From assembly GCF_001186125.1 (NCBI RefSeq), contig NW_014040312.1, forward strand, positions 41,135-77,677: a DNA stretch of 36,543 nt, read 5' to 3'. Position 1 is the stretch's first letter; each line of letters opens with the position of its first letter. The translations under genes were made by a program, and so were the position numbers. The notes beneath the pieces were generated by a model. It ran no database searches. It was not told the DNA's origin and saw only the letters and a list, made by a program, of their open reading frames with translations. Below are positions 12,544 to 30,634 of this stretch, in pieces. The stretch comes from Sphaeroforma arctica JP610. Lineage: Eukaryota.

Positions 12544-14169
12544 TTAAAAACGGCTAAAACTCATTGCATGTATCGATTGGTAGCAGGCTTGTTAACACAA
12601 ACGCATTCAGCACAATAAACTTATCAAGCGATACAAATCAGACTAAATCAATTATTACAAACCAGCCGTTCCAAACTTATGCTCTTTGATGGAGTCAAAA
12701 AGTCATTCCTCCGGTAAGCTTGCTTATTTATCTTTTTACTTGTCTTTCATATGACCCACACACATACAACCCACTCTCAGAAGCACACAATAATTAGCTT
12801 ATGCCTATTCTTCTGATTGAAATAGCTTTTCACAGCACTAGCGATAAATACCTCGTAATTGCGTCATTCTAAAACTTTACTACTCACTTTGGTACAAACT
12901 TTGTACATTGTTCCCTATTCGGTGAAATTATACTGTGCTGTACTTTATGTGCAATCGCGACGAGTGCTACAATCGTTCTAGAAACTTTCCATCGTAGCTA
13001 GTTGTATCTGAACTCGAGTTACATAACTAACCTAGACAGAAACACTCGAACAAGGCTACAAAAAAAACGACATTGATTATACAACCATGCCCATTATCCA
13101 CTTCTCTTGCAATAATAAGCACAGCATGGATACAGTTCCGATCATGTCTAACCCAATATACATACACCAAACGATACCACAAACCGTGTACAGATTCAGT
13201 TTACAATTTATTCAATTCAGCGCTTAATCTCCGCGTCGAGTCTAGTATCGCTGCGAAAATTCTTCTAGCCTATCCGATGGACTGTGCTGATATCCGAGCC
13301 TAATCTATTAATATTTGCTTCCCAATCCAAAACCACCTGTAGGAACCACCGTGCGTGCCCTTGTGCGACTGCACTAGCGCGCATATGTATGCATGTGTAC
13401 AAACGGTGCTCCCCTCTCAGTTTCTAATCCTGGCAACCTCAGTATGCCCATCCCCGTTGCGAGTGTCCATTTCGATTGTCATGACATGCCAATGAGAACT
13501 GTAATGGATCCTCCCAAACTGAGAAACTGCGCCCAAAAGACCAAATTCAATATTACGACTTCTCTCCTTCGCTCTGCATAGATTGTCGGTGTCATGGTCC
13601 ACAAGACACTCTCTACGTTTGCAAAGGCGATCGTCAAGATACGTAACACGGATTTCGTTGATCACAGTCGTGATGCTTATTGTAGTTGCGGCTCATCGGT
13701 TCGGAGTTTCATAGTTGTGATCTGATTTAATATATAGCACAAACCTCTCCAAATACGCGACCGTTTCGTCTTACAGTATGAAACAGAGGTGTGTGTAAAA
13801 TGAGGTCCATACCACCATACAAACATGCACCATGCCAATCCAGAGATAGACTGACGTGCACGTTGGTTCACAGACCCTGTGTACATAATATAAAGAACGG
13901 AACATGATGTTCCGGGATGCCGTGGATCCCAACGAAGGCCGGGGGTGTGTATTTAGAAGATATAATACTTCAGCGTGACAAAAGCACACCACCATACAAC
14001 CCACACCACAGGCAGTAGAAGTATAGCGTCTGTAGGTTCTAGACCTAACCAGCCACCGATTAAAGGCTTCATAAAACCCCCATACAACCACCTGCCTCGC
14101 TTCTAGGCCAATATCTCCCAACCACCTAATTTCTAATTTACACGGCAACACTCAGCCAAGACCGGCCTC

Positions 14170-20354
<6,185 letters not shown>

Positions 20355-21789
20355 AGTATTTTTGAAGTATGTGTAAGTGTGTTTCAGCTGGCACGTCAGC
20401 TTACAGAATACACGCCCAGAGAAAATTGAAACCTGGCCGGAAATTTTGCTCAGTGATCACAGATTTCACAGTCCATCGGCATCCATTGTAAATACGCAAA
20501 AATATATAATTGGGTAGAATATAAATAATTGGGCAGTCTCAAATTTAAAAATTCGGGAAAGGATATGTAGAAGATCTATTTTTTAAGAACAAAATTATGT
20601 CGTAAACTATGTAATATGTGATTTGTCGGAACTATATTGACCTTCTGGATATACGTGACCTAAATTTCAACCTACTTTTTTGTCCATTTTTAAAGTTTCA
20701 TACAGTTCAGACGAGCAAATTTAGGACGATGGGTGCGAATCTCGAAAATGAAAACACTATTTACTGTTGGCAAATCTGATAATTTTTTTAATAAAATTCA
20801 ACACTCACTGTAAAAAGCTCTATGATTATACACCCTTTTTTTTTTCAATATAAACTGGGGCTGTAGTTTATTTGAAACCCTTTTTGGAAATTACAATATT
20901 GGAAAAAAATTAGCAGTTGCCATGAAGTTCATCATGAAGACTCTTGTGCTGGACTACTGAGTTGCTGTCTTGAACTCGTGTGACCTAGTGACAGCCATTG
21001 GCGAAACCTCGTGGCAAACTTTTATTTTGCAATTACGCAGGGTACGTTTTGAACGTTCAAAGCAATCCCCAGGGGTTCCATTCTTGAAATACCTACAGTC
21101 TGTCCTCATATATGTAATTTGGGAAATCCGTTGACATTGAGTAATTTTGATTATTTGAGACAAAGAAATTAGAATATCTACTCTAAAAATGTATTTATTT
21201 ATTTGCGCGCGTGTGTTTAAAACTCACTCTTTCTCTCTCGAGAGAGTGTGTGTGACTGTGTGTAAAACTATAAATACTTTTTTTTTAAATAGAATAACTG
21301 TCGGCCTACGTGAGGCGAGATATCAAACCCCTCCCCCCCCTGAAGAAAATCGATAAAATAAAAACAAACACAAAACGAAAATGAAACTCACGGGGCGGGG
21401 GTCCCCCGCGACTTCGAGTCCATGTGAGAGTTGAGAGTCTCTGAAAGAGTGAGAAATGGTTTTAATATATACACCCAACCAAATCGATTTATTTTGGCTT
21501 GTTTTCTATTCATACATTCCCACCTCCCACATTTTTAAAAAACAATCGGGAGCCAAGTCTCTAACAAACCTGAGTTGTTCATTATTGAATATGCTACATT
21601 TTTTATTTCGATGTATTTTATTTTCAAGCCGATGTACTTTATTTACTATATTTTTTTAAATAGAAAACAATTACGTCATTTTTTTTACATCCAATCGAAA
21701 ATTATTTTTTCTCGCCCACAATGGGGATCGAAGGGTTCTCCCGCGCCCTCACGACAGGGCAGATGGATTCACGTCTCGGAGGTGACGGA

Positions 21790-22343
21790 CGAGAGAGAGA
21801 CAAAACTACATCGACTCGAAGATGCAGGGGTTATTCGACGCTGCCAGGAATTGGAGGCTTACCTGATTTACCTGGCATCCGTTATCCCCAAATCGAATAA
21901 AATCAGAGTACGCTTGATTCTGAGTCCAACAAAAGTCAATCAACACGCGGAGACACCATGTTTTTGAGTAGAAGGGTTAGAGAAACTATCGGAGGTAGCC
22001 CGACCGGGCTGGGTAACTGTGTCTGCAGAAATAAAAGAAGGATTTTATGAAAAGGGTGTGGTAGAGTCAAATAACTGGCAGTTCCGATACAACAAGGGGC
22101 GGCTGTGGTGTTTTTTGGTGCTGCCAAAAAGAGCGACATTCGACCAATACTGGTTCGACCGACTGATGAATACGTTGCGAAATTTGACAGGAACAAGTCA
22201 GTGATATAAATTATACTCTACGTGAACGATATACTGTTTGTAGGACTACGCAAGCATATAATGAAATACAAGCGATTCATAGACCGCCTATTGCATAGCT
22301 CTCTAAGTCTGCAACTGACCCCTGACAAAGAATATTGGATGTA
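21790..22343 (+). pseudogene. Degenerate reverse transcriptase fragment, DIRS/Ngaro-like
   Basis: Reading through the stop at 21965 gives RLEDAGVIRR...IPKSNKIRVRLIL...VNQH...PCF*VEGLEKLSEVARPGWVTVSAEIKEGFY...LWCFLVLP...WFDRLM. After a frameshift it gives ILYVNDILFVG (YxDD-like, 22219-22230)...LSLQLTPDK. The F.(M/V)EGL..L pattern is typical of DIRS-group RT. Confidence 0.6.
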
Positions 22344-22544
22344 GTAAATTAGAGTGTAAACTAAACCACCCAGCCTAGTACCAGGTTGAGGTTGGTTGGT
22401 TCAATTATTTATCTAATTTACTGCAAAATTGGAAAACGTAGCCGGTATCTCGATCTCAGTCCATACGATCCGCTCCTGAATAAACTTCTCTGAACCTTCT
22501 ACGCTAGAATCACCACATTCCTTGCTGGGCAATAGTGCTATGCA

Positions 22545-22727
22545 AACACAGACTTTATGTTCACATTTAAAAAAAAATCGTTTATCGTGGTAACAAAAAA
22601 TGCATAATTTATTGATTTTGTTGGCTTAGCTTGTAAAGAACGTTGTAACGTAATGAACAAAGTAGTCCTGTAAATTGAAAATGTGGCTTAAACCGAGAAA
22701 CGCTCAGTAAGGAGTGTCACGTCTAAA
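22545..22727 (+). repeat. Diverged repeat, inverted partner of 31697-31874
   Basis: Aligns by eye with the reverse complement of 31697-31874, e.g. AAAATGTGGCTTAAACCGAGAAACGCTCAGTAAGGAGTGT vs AAAATGTGGTCAAAACCAAGTAACACTTAGTAAAGAGTGT. Roughly 70% identity, estimated. Confidence 0.65.
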
Positions 22728-24035
22728 GTTCACGAGAGTTCTAGGTAAGAAGCACTATCTGTAGTTGTAATGTAGAGTTTGTTGCTTGTGATATACTTTG
22801 TAATTAATTTTCAGATATTGTGAATCATCTGTTCAACCGGACAGAAAACAAACGTCGAAAAAGTTGTACTCAGCGGACCGCAACAGTGGCACCGTTAATG
22901 ATTTGCCCTATGGCAGATTCCAATGACTGATGCGTCACCATCATCAACGTCATCTGTCCCGTATGTTTATTCATTTCCTTTGAAATATTGAATCGACACT
23001 GACAAGGGAAGTAATTGAAATTCTTCTTATCGTGTGATATCGTGTGCTGGAACGAATATTCGTTCACAGGAAAAAGGCAAGACGCACTACTAGATGTATT
23101 GTGAAACTTATACCGCAAAGGTAACAAGCGATTGATTTGCAAGAATATCAAAGGGAATCATATGTATATAAATTTATTAGGCATTATGAAGAAAAAAATG
23201 AGGAAAGTTTTTCTCTTGATGCCCTCACCTGATTTTGCCGGTATGTCATCGAATTGGCAAAGAACATTTTCAACATGTATTTCTCACAGATTAAGCTGAT
23301 GCAAAGCTGACTCCATAGGTTATTTGATAATTTGCCCTGTCACCGCCCTGTCAAAAATAGCATTACGTTTATCACAGACGCTGATAACAATCCGACAAAT
23401 ATACATACAGAAACCTCGCCACTGAGTTATGTTGACACAGAAATCAGTGACAGTACTTTTTTCAGGCTGTATGTTAATGTAAGGGCCGTATTTATTTGAG
23501 TAACGTGAAGACTAAATTCACATTCACGGCCATAAAGCTTGTACTTGTTGACGAAAACATGTACGTTACTGGGAGACAGGCTCTTCTTCTACCAGTGCAG
23601 ACAATGAATAGACAACCAGTCAAATGAGCACAACAGCCAGTAACATCGCCGACAGTGACTTTGCTTAAAGGTGTGTTTATATATTTGAGAATGATTGTCA
23701 TTTTTTGTAAGATAAAACTTGGAAAAGTCTTCATTGATTTTCAATTACCCAATGCACTGCCAGGGGAATTAGAACATCGAACATATCAGGGCAAAATCCA
23801 TGCTTTTTGAGGGGGGAAACGGGCTGGAAACCGAAATGTAGTCCTAGTAGCCAAACAAACTAAGAAGCTTTACAATGTCTAAAGTGATAATGACTAGTAA
23901 AAATACGTTGTATGGATCTACGTTGTTGAGAAAGATACTACTACCTTTTGAATTAGGTATTGGGAACGGTGAACATGTAGAAAGGAAGCAAAAGAAGATC
24001 ATCAACGTAGATACCAATGTCACAATATGTACTGT

Positions 24036-24813
24036 TGTAATAAGCCGGGCCTCCACATTAGACTCTATGTTATAAACGTACTCTTAAGCAATACGTAAAT
24101 TATAAACGTAATCTCAATAGTACGAGGAACTTAAGTTTCCTAAATGTACTCTTAATAGTACGAGGAACTTGATTTTCCTAAATGTACCCTTAATAGTACG
24201 AGGAACTTAAGTTTCCTAAAATAGCACGAAGAACCTAAGTTTCCTAAAATGGTTTTTAATGATATTATTAATTAATACCTTTTCCATTTTACATATCAGA
24301 TATTTGGACGAGGCCATTAAAAGGCCTCAGTAAAACACCAAACATAAAGAGTTGGTCTAGTTCTATTAATAGAACTTTATTTACTTTCCAACTTTATTTA
24401 TATCTGAATACTTCGGTAGCGAGATGGCTCAACCAAATATAGGTTTCTAGGGACTATTAACGTTACCTAGTTGATCCTCCGATCAGCCAACCAGATGTGC
24501 CAGTCTGATGAAGGCTAAGTCGGTAATTCTTGATAAGTGGCGAGTTATTGGTTAAGGCAATAACTAAGGACATCAAGAGTTTTTTTGTTTTTTTTCTAAA
24601 GATAGGATTTTATGAGTCTCTCAGATTCGCCCCAATTGAAACATACCATAGTTTCTAATAGAGCGACAACGAAACACTAAATAAAATCCATTCGGCGGAA
24701 ACAGTACTGAGAGGATTATATATAGGCAATGTCTCAGCCTCACAATCCCTCAGAGTATTGCTGTTTTCACGAGGCATGCCTAACTTTACTAAAAGTCTCA
24801 TTTTGTTTCTTTA
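24036..24813 (+). repeat. Left long inverted terminal repeat (~780 bp)
   Basis: Reverse complement of 30588-31245 along its length, e.g. CAGCCAACCAGATGTGCCAGTCTGATGAAGGCTAAGTCGGTAATTCTTGATAAGTG vs CACTTATCAAGAATTACCGACTTAGCCTTCATCAGACTGGCACATCTGGTTGGCTG. Contains an extra ~38-bp tandem array at 24116-24249. Confidence 0.92.
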
Positions 24814-25027
24814 CTTTGATATTTACACGATACTTAGAATTTACTTACGCGTTTATTTATTATAAGGCATTAGTATCGCTATAATAGACCGAATATTACA
24901 CATTTTAAAGTTAGCAAAGGTATTAATTACTTAGACTACTTAAGCGTAAAGGTAGATTAACTACCACAAATTTTTTCTTGTCCAAGCTAGTCCTTAAGAG
25001 ACAAGCTAGTAGTCATAAGTTAAGATT

Positions 25028-26781
25028 ATGACCAAGAAAGACAATACTCCTTCTAAAAAGCGTAGAGCTGAAAAGAAGAAGATGGAGAGAGAAGCCGTTA
25101 GCGCTGCCGCTGCTGATGCGTTCAACCGCACTGTAGCCGAAGTACTTGCCTCTGACAATAATGTTCAAAAGGACAATGCTTCAGATAAGGATGTAGCCAC
25201 TCCGATTAAGGAGACTACTTCCACTGATAGAGCCCGACGGCCAACTATTGCCTCAACTTCAAAGCTTGCATTTACGAAGCCAAGAAGTGAGACAAGGGAC
25301 ACGTCTCAAGACGCCCCAACCCCTTCTTCTGACGAAACTCAGAAAGGAAAGTCCCCAATTATAGGGGACAAGGACAAATCTCAGAAGGAACCTATTATGG
25401 AACCAGAAGAGAAGGCAAGCTCATGTGGTAAACCCGAATCTACGTCCGAGACTACTAAGCCAACGCGCATAAGTAAGTTGATTACTGAAAACATTGATCT
25501 TAAGAATCAGTTAGCTACCATTATGAAAGACTTGACTGTCGAACATGTAGATCAATTATATAGATCAGGAAAACATACACAGCACTTACGCGAGCATGTT
25601 TCCCCGGGCATTACTCAAGCCCTACAGAGGTGGACAGACCGTCGACAGGCAATTACGCCCGAAGAACGTAAAGACTCAAGCGCTACACCTGAGGCATATG
25701 ATCCAGATGTGCTCAGCGTAACTATACCTTACGAGGCACTACCGCCAGAAGTTCAGGCTAATTACTCGCCTGTGCTGACACCCGGCCGTGAGTCACCCGT
25801 CCTTGAGGTTATTATAGACCCAGAGGCAGGTAGAAATACTCCGCCACTTTTACCCAATTGAGATGACAATCGTCGGAATGTTATCCAGACGCATGAATCA
25901 CCCAAGATTTTAATACCAACCACTATCCGAGGAACAGGGCACCGAAAGGCCTCGACCATGGACTTTACAAGGGGTAATAAACACCCCCCGTAAACGTGTT
26001 AACGAAGTCGAATTTAATCGCTTCGATCGCACAGCACTACATCAACCCGCAGAGGATTTTCACTCTGACGAGGTGACCGAACTTTTAAAATGGAAATCGC
26101 CCACGATGCGCATCATGCTGATGATGTAGCATATTTTGCGAATATGATAGCGATTAAGCGAAAGCGCATTGATCAGCTACTTCAGGCCCAGCGTGGACAA
26201 GATCACAGGGACAACCAGAAGTCAAGGGACAGATCAGTCGACTTAAGTCGAACTGGGATGCCAACAGTAAGCAGGTCGAGTTTATAAATAACCATGACCT
26301 CGACACGCTAACCCGTACGCTTAATGCGTTTACGATCATGCTGGAGACGAATGATATCGCTCCTCAGCAATGGATTTCTGCCTTAATGCAGACGTTTGAC
26401 CCTACAGGTACAAATTTTTTGATCCCGCAGCGACACCAGCATGAGCTAGACACTTGTCGTGACTGGCCAGCTGTTTGTTGGTTGGTTACATCCTTGTTAA
26501 GTAAGGACATACGTAGCCCAGGACTGAGTTCAATTTTAACTGAACCAGCTGAGAACACGCCCATTCAGAGTTATATTCTGAAGCTAGATGCTGACCTGAA
26601 ACGTCCAGATATTGGAATGGCAGACATGCATCCACCTGTACACACTTTCTTATTAAGTGTGACAAGTGTGAGAAGACCAATGGCTATTACACTAAGTCTT
26701 GTGACAAAAATCCCAACATTAAGTTGGAGTGAAGGTACTACCAGCTACAATCGTTACACAGACAGTACAACGACTCTTTAG
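25028..26781 (+). pseudogene. ORF1/gag-like region, interrupted (277-aa charged low-complexity ORF followed by frameshifted capsid-like fragments)
   Basis: Lies upstream of the protease. The fragment LNAFTIMLETNDIAPQQWISALMQ...DWPAVCWLV...IQSYILKL has a Gag-capsid-like pattern. No zinc knuckle seen. Confidence 0.55.
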
Positions 26782-26792
26782 ATGAGCGTGTA

Positions 26793-27090
26793 ATAATCCC
26801 TGTATACTGCAATGGAAATAAAATCCTTGCGTTGATTGATCCTGGTTCAAAAATTTCATGTATTAATGAAAGATATCGAAAGGAGAACACAAACAACTCA
26901 CCTTATTTTAGCTTATGATAAAACTGCTAAGTGTGATACCATGGCCACAGATGTTAAAATCTCCCTGGCCGATGATAGGAATATCATTACCCAAGCTGTG
27001 ATAGTTAAGATGTCACAGAAGTACGACATTATAGTCGGAATGAGCGATTTACTCACTCTAGGTATTACCGTAACTGGTCTACCAAATAAC
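26793..27090 (+). pseudogene. Retropepsin-type aspartic protease domain, frameshifted
   Basis: IPVYCNGNKILALIDPGSKISCI (D at 26838; DPG variant of D[T/S]G), then in another frame YDIIVGMSDLLTLG (ILG.D-like motif). Confidence 0.8.
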
Positions 27091-27299
27091 ATAGATCCAT
27101 TAAAGGATCAGTCAGACGATAGATGTCTGAACCCATATAAGCCTCCATCAGACACAGTCAAGGCATTAATACCTACCTTTGCGAACAAAATCATGGATCT
27201 GATTTTAGTTAATAAGAAGATAAAGATCACAGATTGGGCAAAATTCCGTTTTAACGACGGGTATGTCAGCCTTGACTTAACCAAGGTGGACTTTACATA

Positions 27300-28555
27300 G
27301 TTAAAGTGTCCCTCAAGGAACTATATATCCTGGAGACACGAGGCTGTGGTAAAAGAACAAGTTGAGAAATAGCTAGCAGATGGAGTGATAGAAATTATCT
27401 ATCAACAGACGCCAGTTAACTTGGCATCTGACGGTTCGTTTAAGAAAGTCAGAGTATGTTTAGATATGAGTCCAATAAATAATTTTTTGCCAACTCATAG
27501 CTTTCACTTACCTCGTATTAATGAGCTACTGCGAAGGATGGAATTTGCTACAGTATTTACAACTATAGACCTTATACAAGGATACCATCAAATGCAGGTA
27601 TATGAACCACATCGTAAATACTTTAGTTTTACGTGGAAAGGTAAACAATACAGGTTCAGAGGTGCACCTTTCGGGTTGCACTCTTTACCAGCATTCTTCC
27701 AATAAGTAATGGAAGAAATGTTTGCAGACATGCCTAACGTGCAAGTCTATATAGATGACATAGTCATCTTTTCAAAAACTAAGGGCAAACACGCCGCATT
27801 AGTCAGACGAGTCCTTAGACGAGTCCTTCAGAGACTCAACGAGCAAAACTTCAACATTAACGAGAAGAAATGCCACTTCGCAATGAGCGAAACACAGCTC
27901 TTAGGCTACCATATATCTGGGGAAGGTATTAAAATCGACCCCGGTAAGGTAGAACACCTGTTAGATTGGCGAACACCAACTACAGGAAGAGATGTTAACA
28001 GCATGTGTGGGTTTGTAAACTTCGTTTCAGATGGAGTACCACACTTGGCTGACTACCTTAAACCTTTTGGACACTTAAGATGTCATAAAGGCAAACTAGG
28101 AGACTTGTGGACTAAATAGTGTGATGACGCATTTAAAGCGCTCAAACACGCAGTCCAGCAAGCCCCTGTTGTACAAGGACCAGTCAATGGCGTGCCGTTT
28201 GAAATAGCAACGGACGCCTCCGACTTAGCCTTAGGAGGAGTATTACATCAGGTTATAGATGACAAACCTAGATATATACAATTCTTTAGTCGAGCAATGA
28301 ATGCTTCACCGTTGATTTATCCAACTGTTAAACAAGAGCAATTAGCCATAGTGGCAGCTCTAACACACTTCCGAGATTACTTATACGGAACAGCATTTAC
28401 ACTGATGTGTGATCAGAAATCTCTTCAATATATGAAAGAGATGAAACCCGACTCACAATTACTGAGTCGCTGGCATGACACAATATCAAAGTTTCATTTT
28501 GATATAAAACATCTGCCAGGAATAGATAACCATTTACCGGATATGCTATCACGCT
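27300..28555 (+). pseudogene. Ty3/Gypsy reverse transcriptase, connection and RNase H; one frame with in-frame stops
   Basis: RVCLDMSPIN, LPRINELL, FTTIDLIQGYHQ, APFGL, YIDD (27748-27759), KCHF...LLGY, TDASDLALGGVL, EQLAIV, CDQKSL, HLPGIDNHLPDMLSR. Stops at 27370, 27703 and 28117. A 12-bp duplication gives RRVLRRVL. Confidence 0.95.
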
Positions 28556-28593
28556 TCGTACCGGACTTTAATAAATCCGTATGTGAGTTACTA

Positions 28594-29000
28594 GCCACTG
28601 ACTGGAAATGTAGTCCCAGGTGGTTTGAGCTGGCTCAAAAGATATTTGGGCCGCACACCATAAATATGTTTGCTGCACATCATAATGCACAACTATCGAA
28701 TTACAGGACTTTAAATCATCCTTGGGAGACGCCTTTCAAATAGACCTTTCCAAACATAATGCGTGGGCTAATCCACCATGGCAGTTAATTGCCCAGCTAT
28801 TAAATTATGTTCATATACATAAAACTACCATCCCGTTGTGTTGCCCATTACGGAGTAAAGATCCATGGCTCAATAAATTAATATGCATGATACAATGCGA
28901 GCCAATATATTTAGATAGGGAAATAGATATTTTCCTATATCAGGGTACCCGAGCCGTCAAGAAGACGCCCTGGAGACATACTATAATATGTCATATAGGT
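28594..29000 (+). pseudogene. DIRS-type Dam-like DNA N6-adenine methyltransferase domain, frameshifted near 28722
   Basis: TDWKCSPRWFELAQKIFGPHTINMFAAHHNAQL...|GDAFQIDLSKHNAWANPPWQLIAQLL...LCCPLRSKDPWL matches the remembered DIRS MT pattern W.L....F......GP..ID.FA...N.....DAF...W.....NPP..LI...L......P.W...W. NPPW is at 28770-28781. Confidence 0.85.
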
Positions 29001-29459
29001 CCCATTGGAACAACCAAATGGAACCCTTCTGAGACCTTCTTTAATAAGGTCAAAGAATCAGCGATTCCACTCTCTACCCAATTGAACGTTAAGCAGTTCA
29101 AAGGCAACACAGCACTTGAAGTCTGTGCACAAGAAATACAATCTACTAATGACACTACTGTTAAGAAGCGTCAGTCTCTAGCTAGGACTCTGTTTAATTA
29201 CATAAAGTCTAAGCCCGAGGTCTTTCAAACCCTATTTCTAAAGGGATTAATGAAAGACAATCCTGAAGCGTATACACATTTAATGCGACTATTTAATAAG
29301 TCAGACGTATCTAACGTACATGAGCGCACTTTTGACACTCATGCGAAAGCAGGACAGGAGTCTGGAAACACTACAGATTTAGAGACCACGCAAGTGGATT
29401 CTCAACACCCTACCTTTATTCTGGAGGAGCAGAATGATGAAAACGTTCTTGCTTGGCTG

Positions 29460-30634
29460 ACGCAAAACCATAAGCTGAAGCACCAGAACGTAGTAGACGC
29501 ACTTAAAGATGCTAAGCGAAATGGGATCGCGCACCCTAAGCTGGCAACTTTAGTTGACAGAGTATATCAGTCATGTACAGACTGTGATCTCAATCAGATC
29601 AAGCGCTATGGGTTCGCACCGCTTAAGAGTGTGACTGAAGATGTTCCATGGCGCAGGGTCATCATTGATCTGGTTGACCTGCCCACGTCCGAGCACACAG
29701 GCGACCGTTACGTATGCCACTTCTTTGATGTGGCGTCATGGTTTAACTTGCTCTATCCATTAAAGGATAAGAATTCGCAGATCGTGGCAGAATTATGTTG
29801 CCAAGTCTTTGCTGACCACGGGTGGCCGGGTATATTGTGCACTGATAACGGTAGTGAGTTCTGCGATGACGTAATGGAATCGCTAGTACTCGTATCAAGC
29901 ATATGCCATAAGAGTGGTGTGCCATATAAGCCGCAAACGCAAGGCGCGAATGAAACGCGCCATAGAAGACTTAAGTTCTTCTTGCGTACTGCATTAACGG
30001 ATGATGCAGATGATTGGCCGTACCACCTTAAGTGGGTACAAACACAAATGAACGAGTGTGCTGATCCGGTTACGGGAACTACACCCGCTCACTATTTTCG
30101 TGGCAGATATATTGAGTTATAAATCCCCTTTAACAAGGACGAACCTGATCACCATGAGTTATCATGGTTAGAGAAGGTACAACGTTTTATAACGTTGTAT
30201 ATCCTTGCTTGCGAGAAATACGCAATATAGCCTTATTAAAAAGGCAAAAGCGTTGGAACACTACCAAGAAGATAGCAGAGTATCAGGTTGGTGACAGAGT
30301 TAATATCCGTCAACGTAATTCCGATGCTACTGTATTAACATGTAAATGTATAGGTCCATATATAATCTCTGTAGCAGACACTAAAAGTGGAACGTACGAG
30401 GTAAATAACCCCGATGGTTTTAGTGCGCTTAATATAGGCACAAGTCGTATTCTGACTACAGAGATTATACTCGCAAGAAGACATGACTCTAATGCCCCTC
30501 TTGATCGTTCTGAATTTAAAGACATTATATGGAGAACGGATAAGGGAGGTTATACTTCCTATCGTACACGCTTTATAGACGGTACAATAAATAAACAAAA
30601 TGAGTCTTTTAGTAAAGCTAGGTATGCCTCGTGA
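29460..30634 (+). pseudogene. Retroviral-type DDE integrase with HHCC zinc finger and GPY C-terminal domain; stop at 30120 and frameshift near 30186
   Basis: HKLKH...CTDC; PWRRVIID (D at 29667); TDNGSEF (D at 29844); PYKPQTQGANE (E at 29952; D-x35-E); YQVGDRV...CIGPYII. Confidence 0.93.

Noticed and set aside
12544..14169. Short ORFs between the convergent OXSM and DDX3 stops
   Set aside because: No recognisable motifs or consistent splice structure; most likely 3' UTRs and intergenic DNA.
20499..21198. Possible MITE bounded by an imperfect ~45-bp inverted repeat (GTCTCAAAT / ATTTGAGAC core)
   Set aside because: The match is short and AT-rich, no TSD was identified, and chance cannot be excluded by eye.
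24116..24249. Palindromic ~38-bp repeats resembling CRISPR repeats
   Set aside because: Head-to-tail tandem copies without spacers, inside a transposon terminal repeat.
27298..28119. In-frame TAG/TAA codons in pol as programmed readthrough or an alternative genetic code
   Set aside because: They co-occur with frameshifts and indels, and host genes here end in standard TAG stops, so mutational decay is the simpler explanation.
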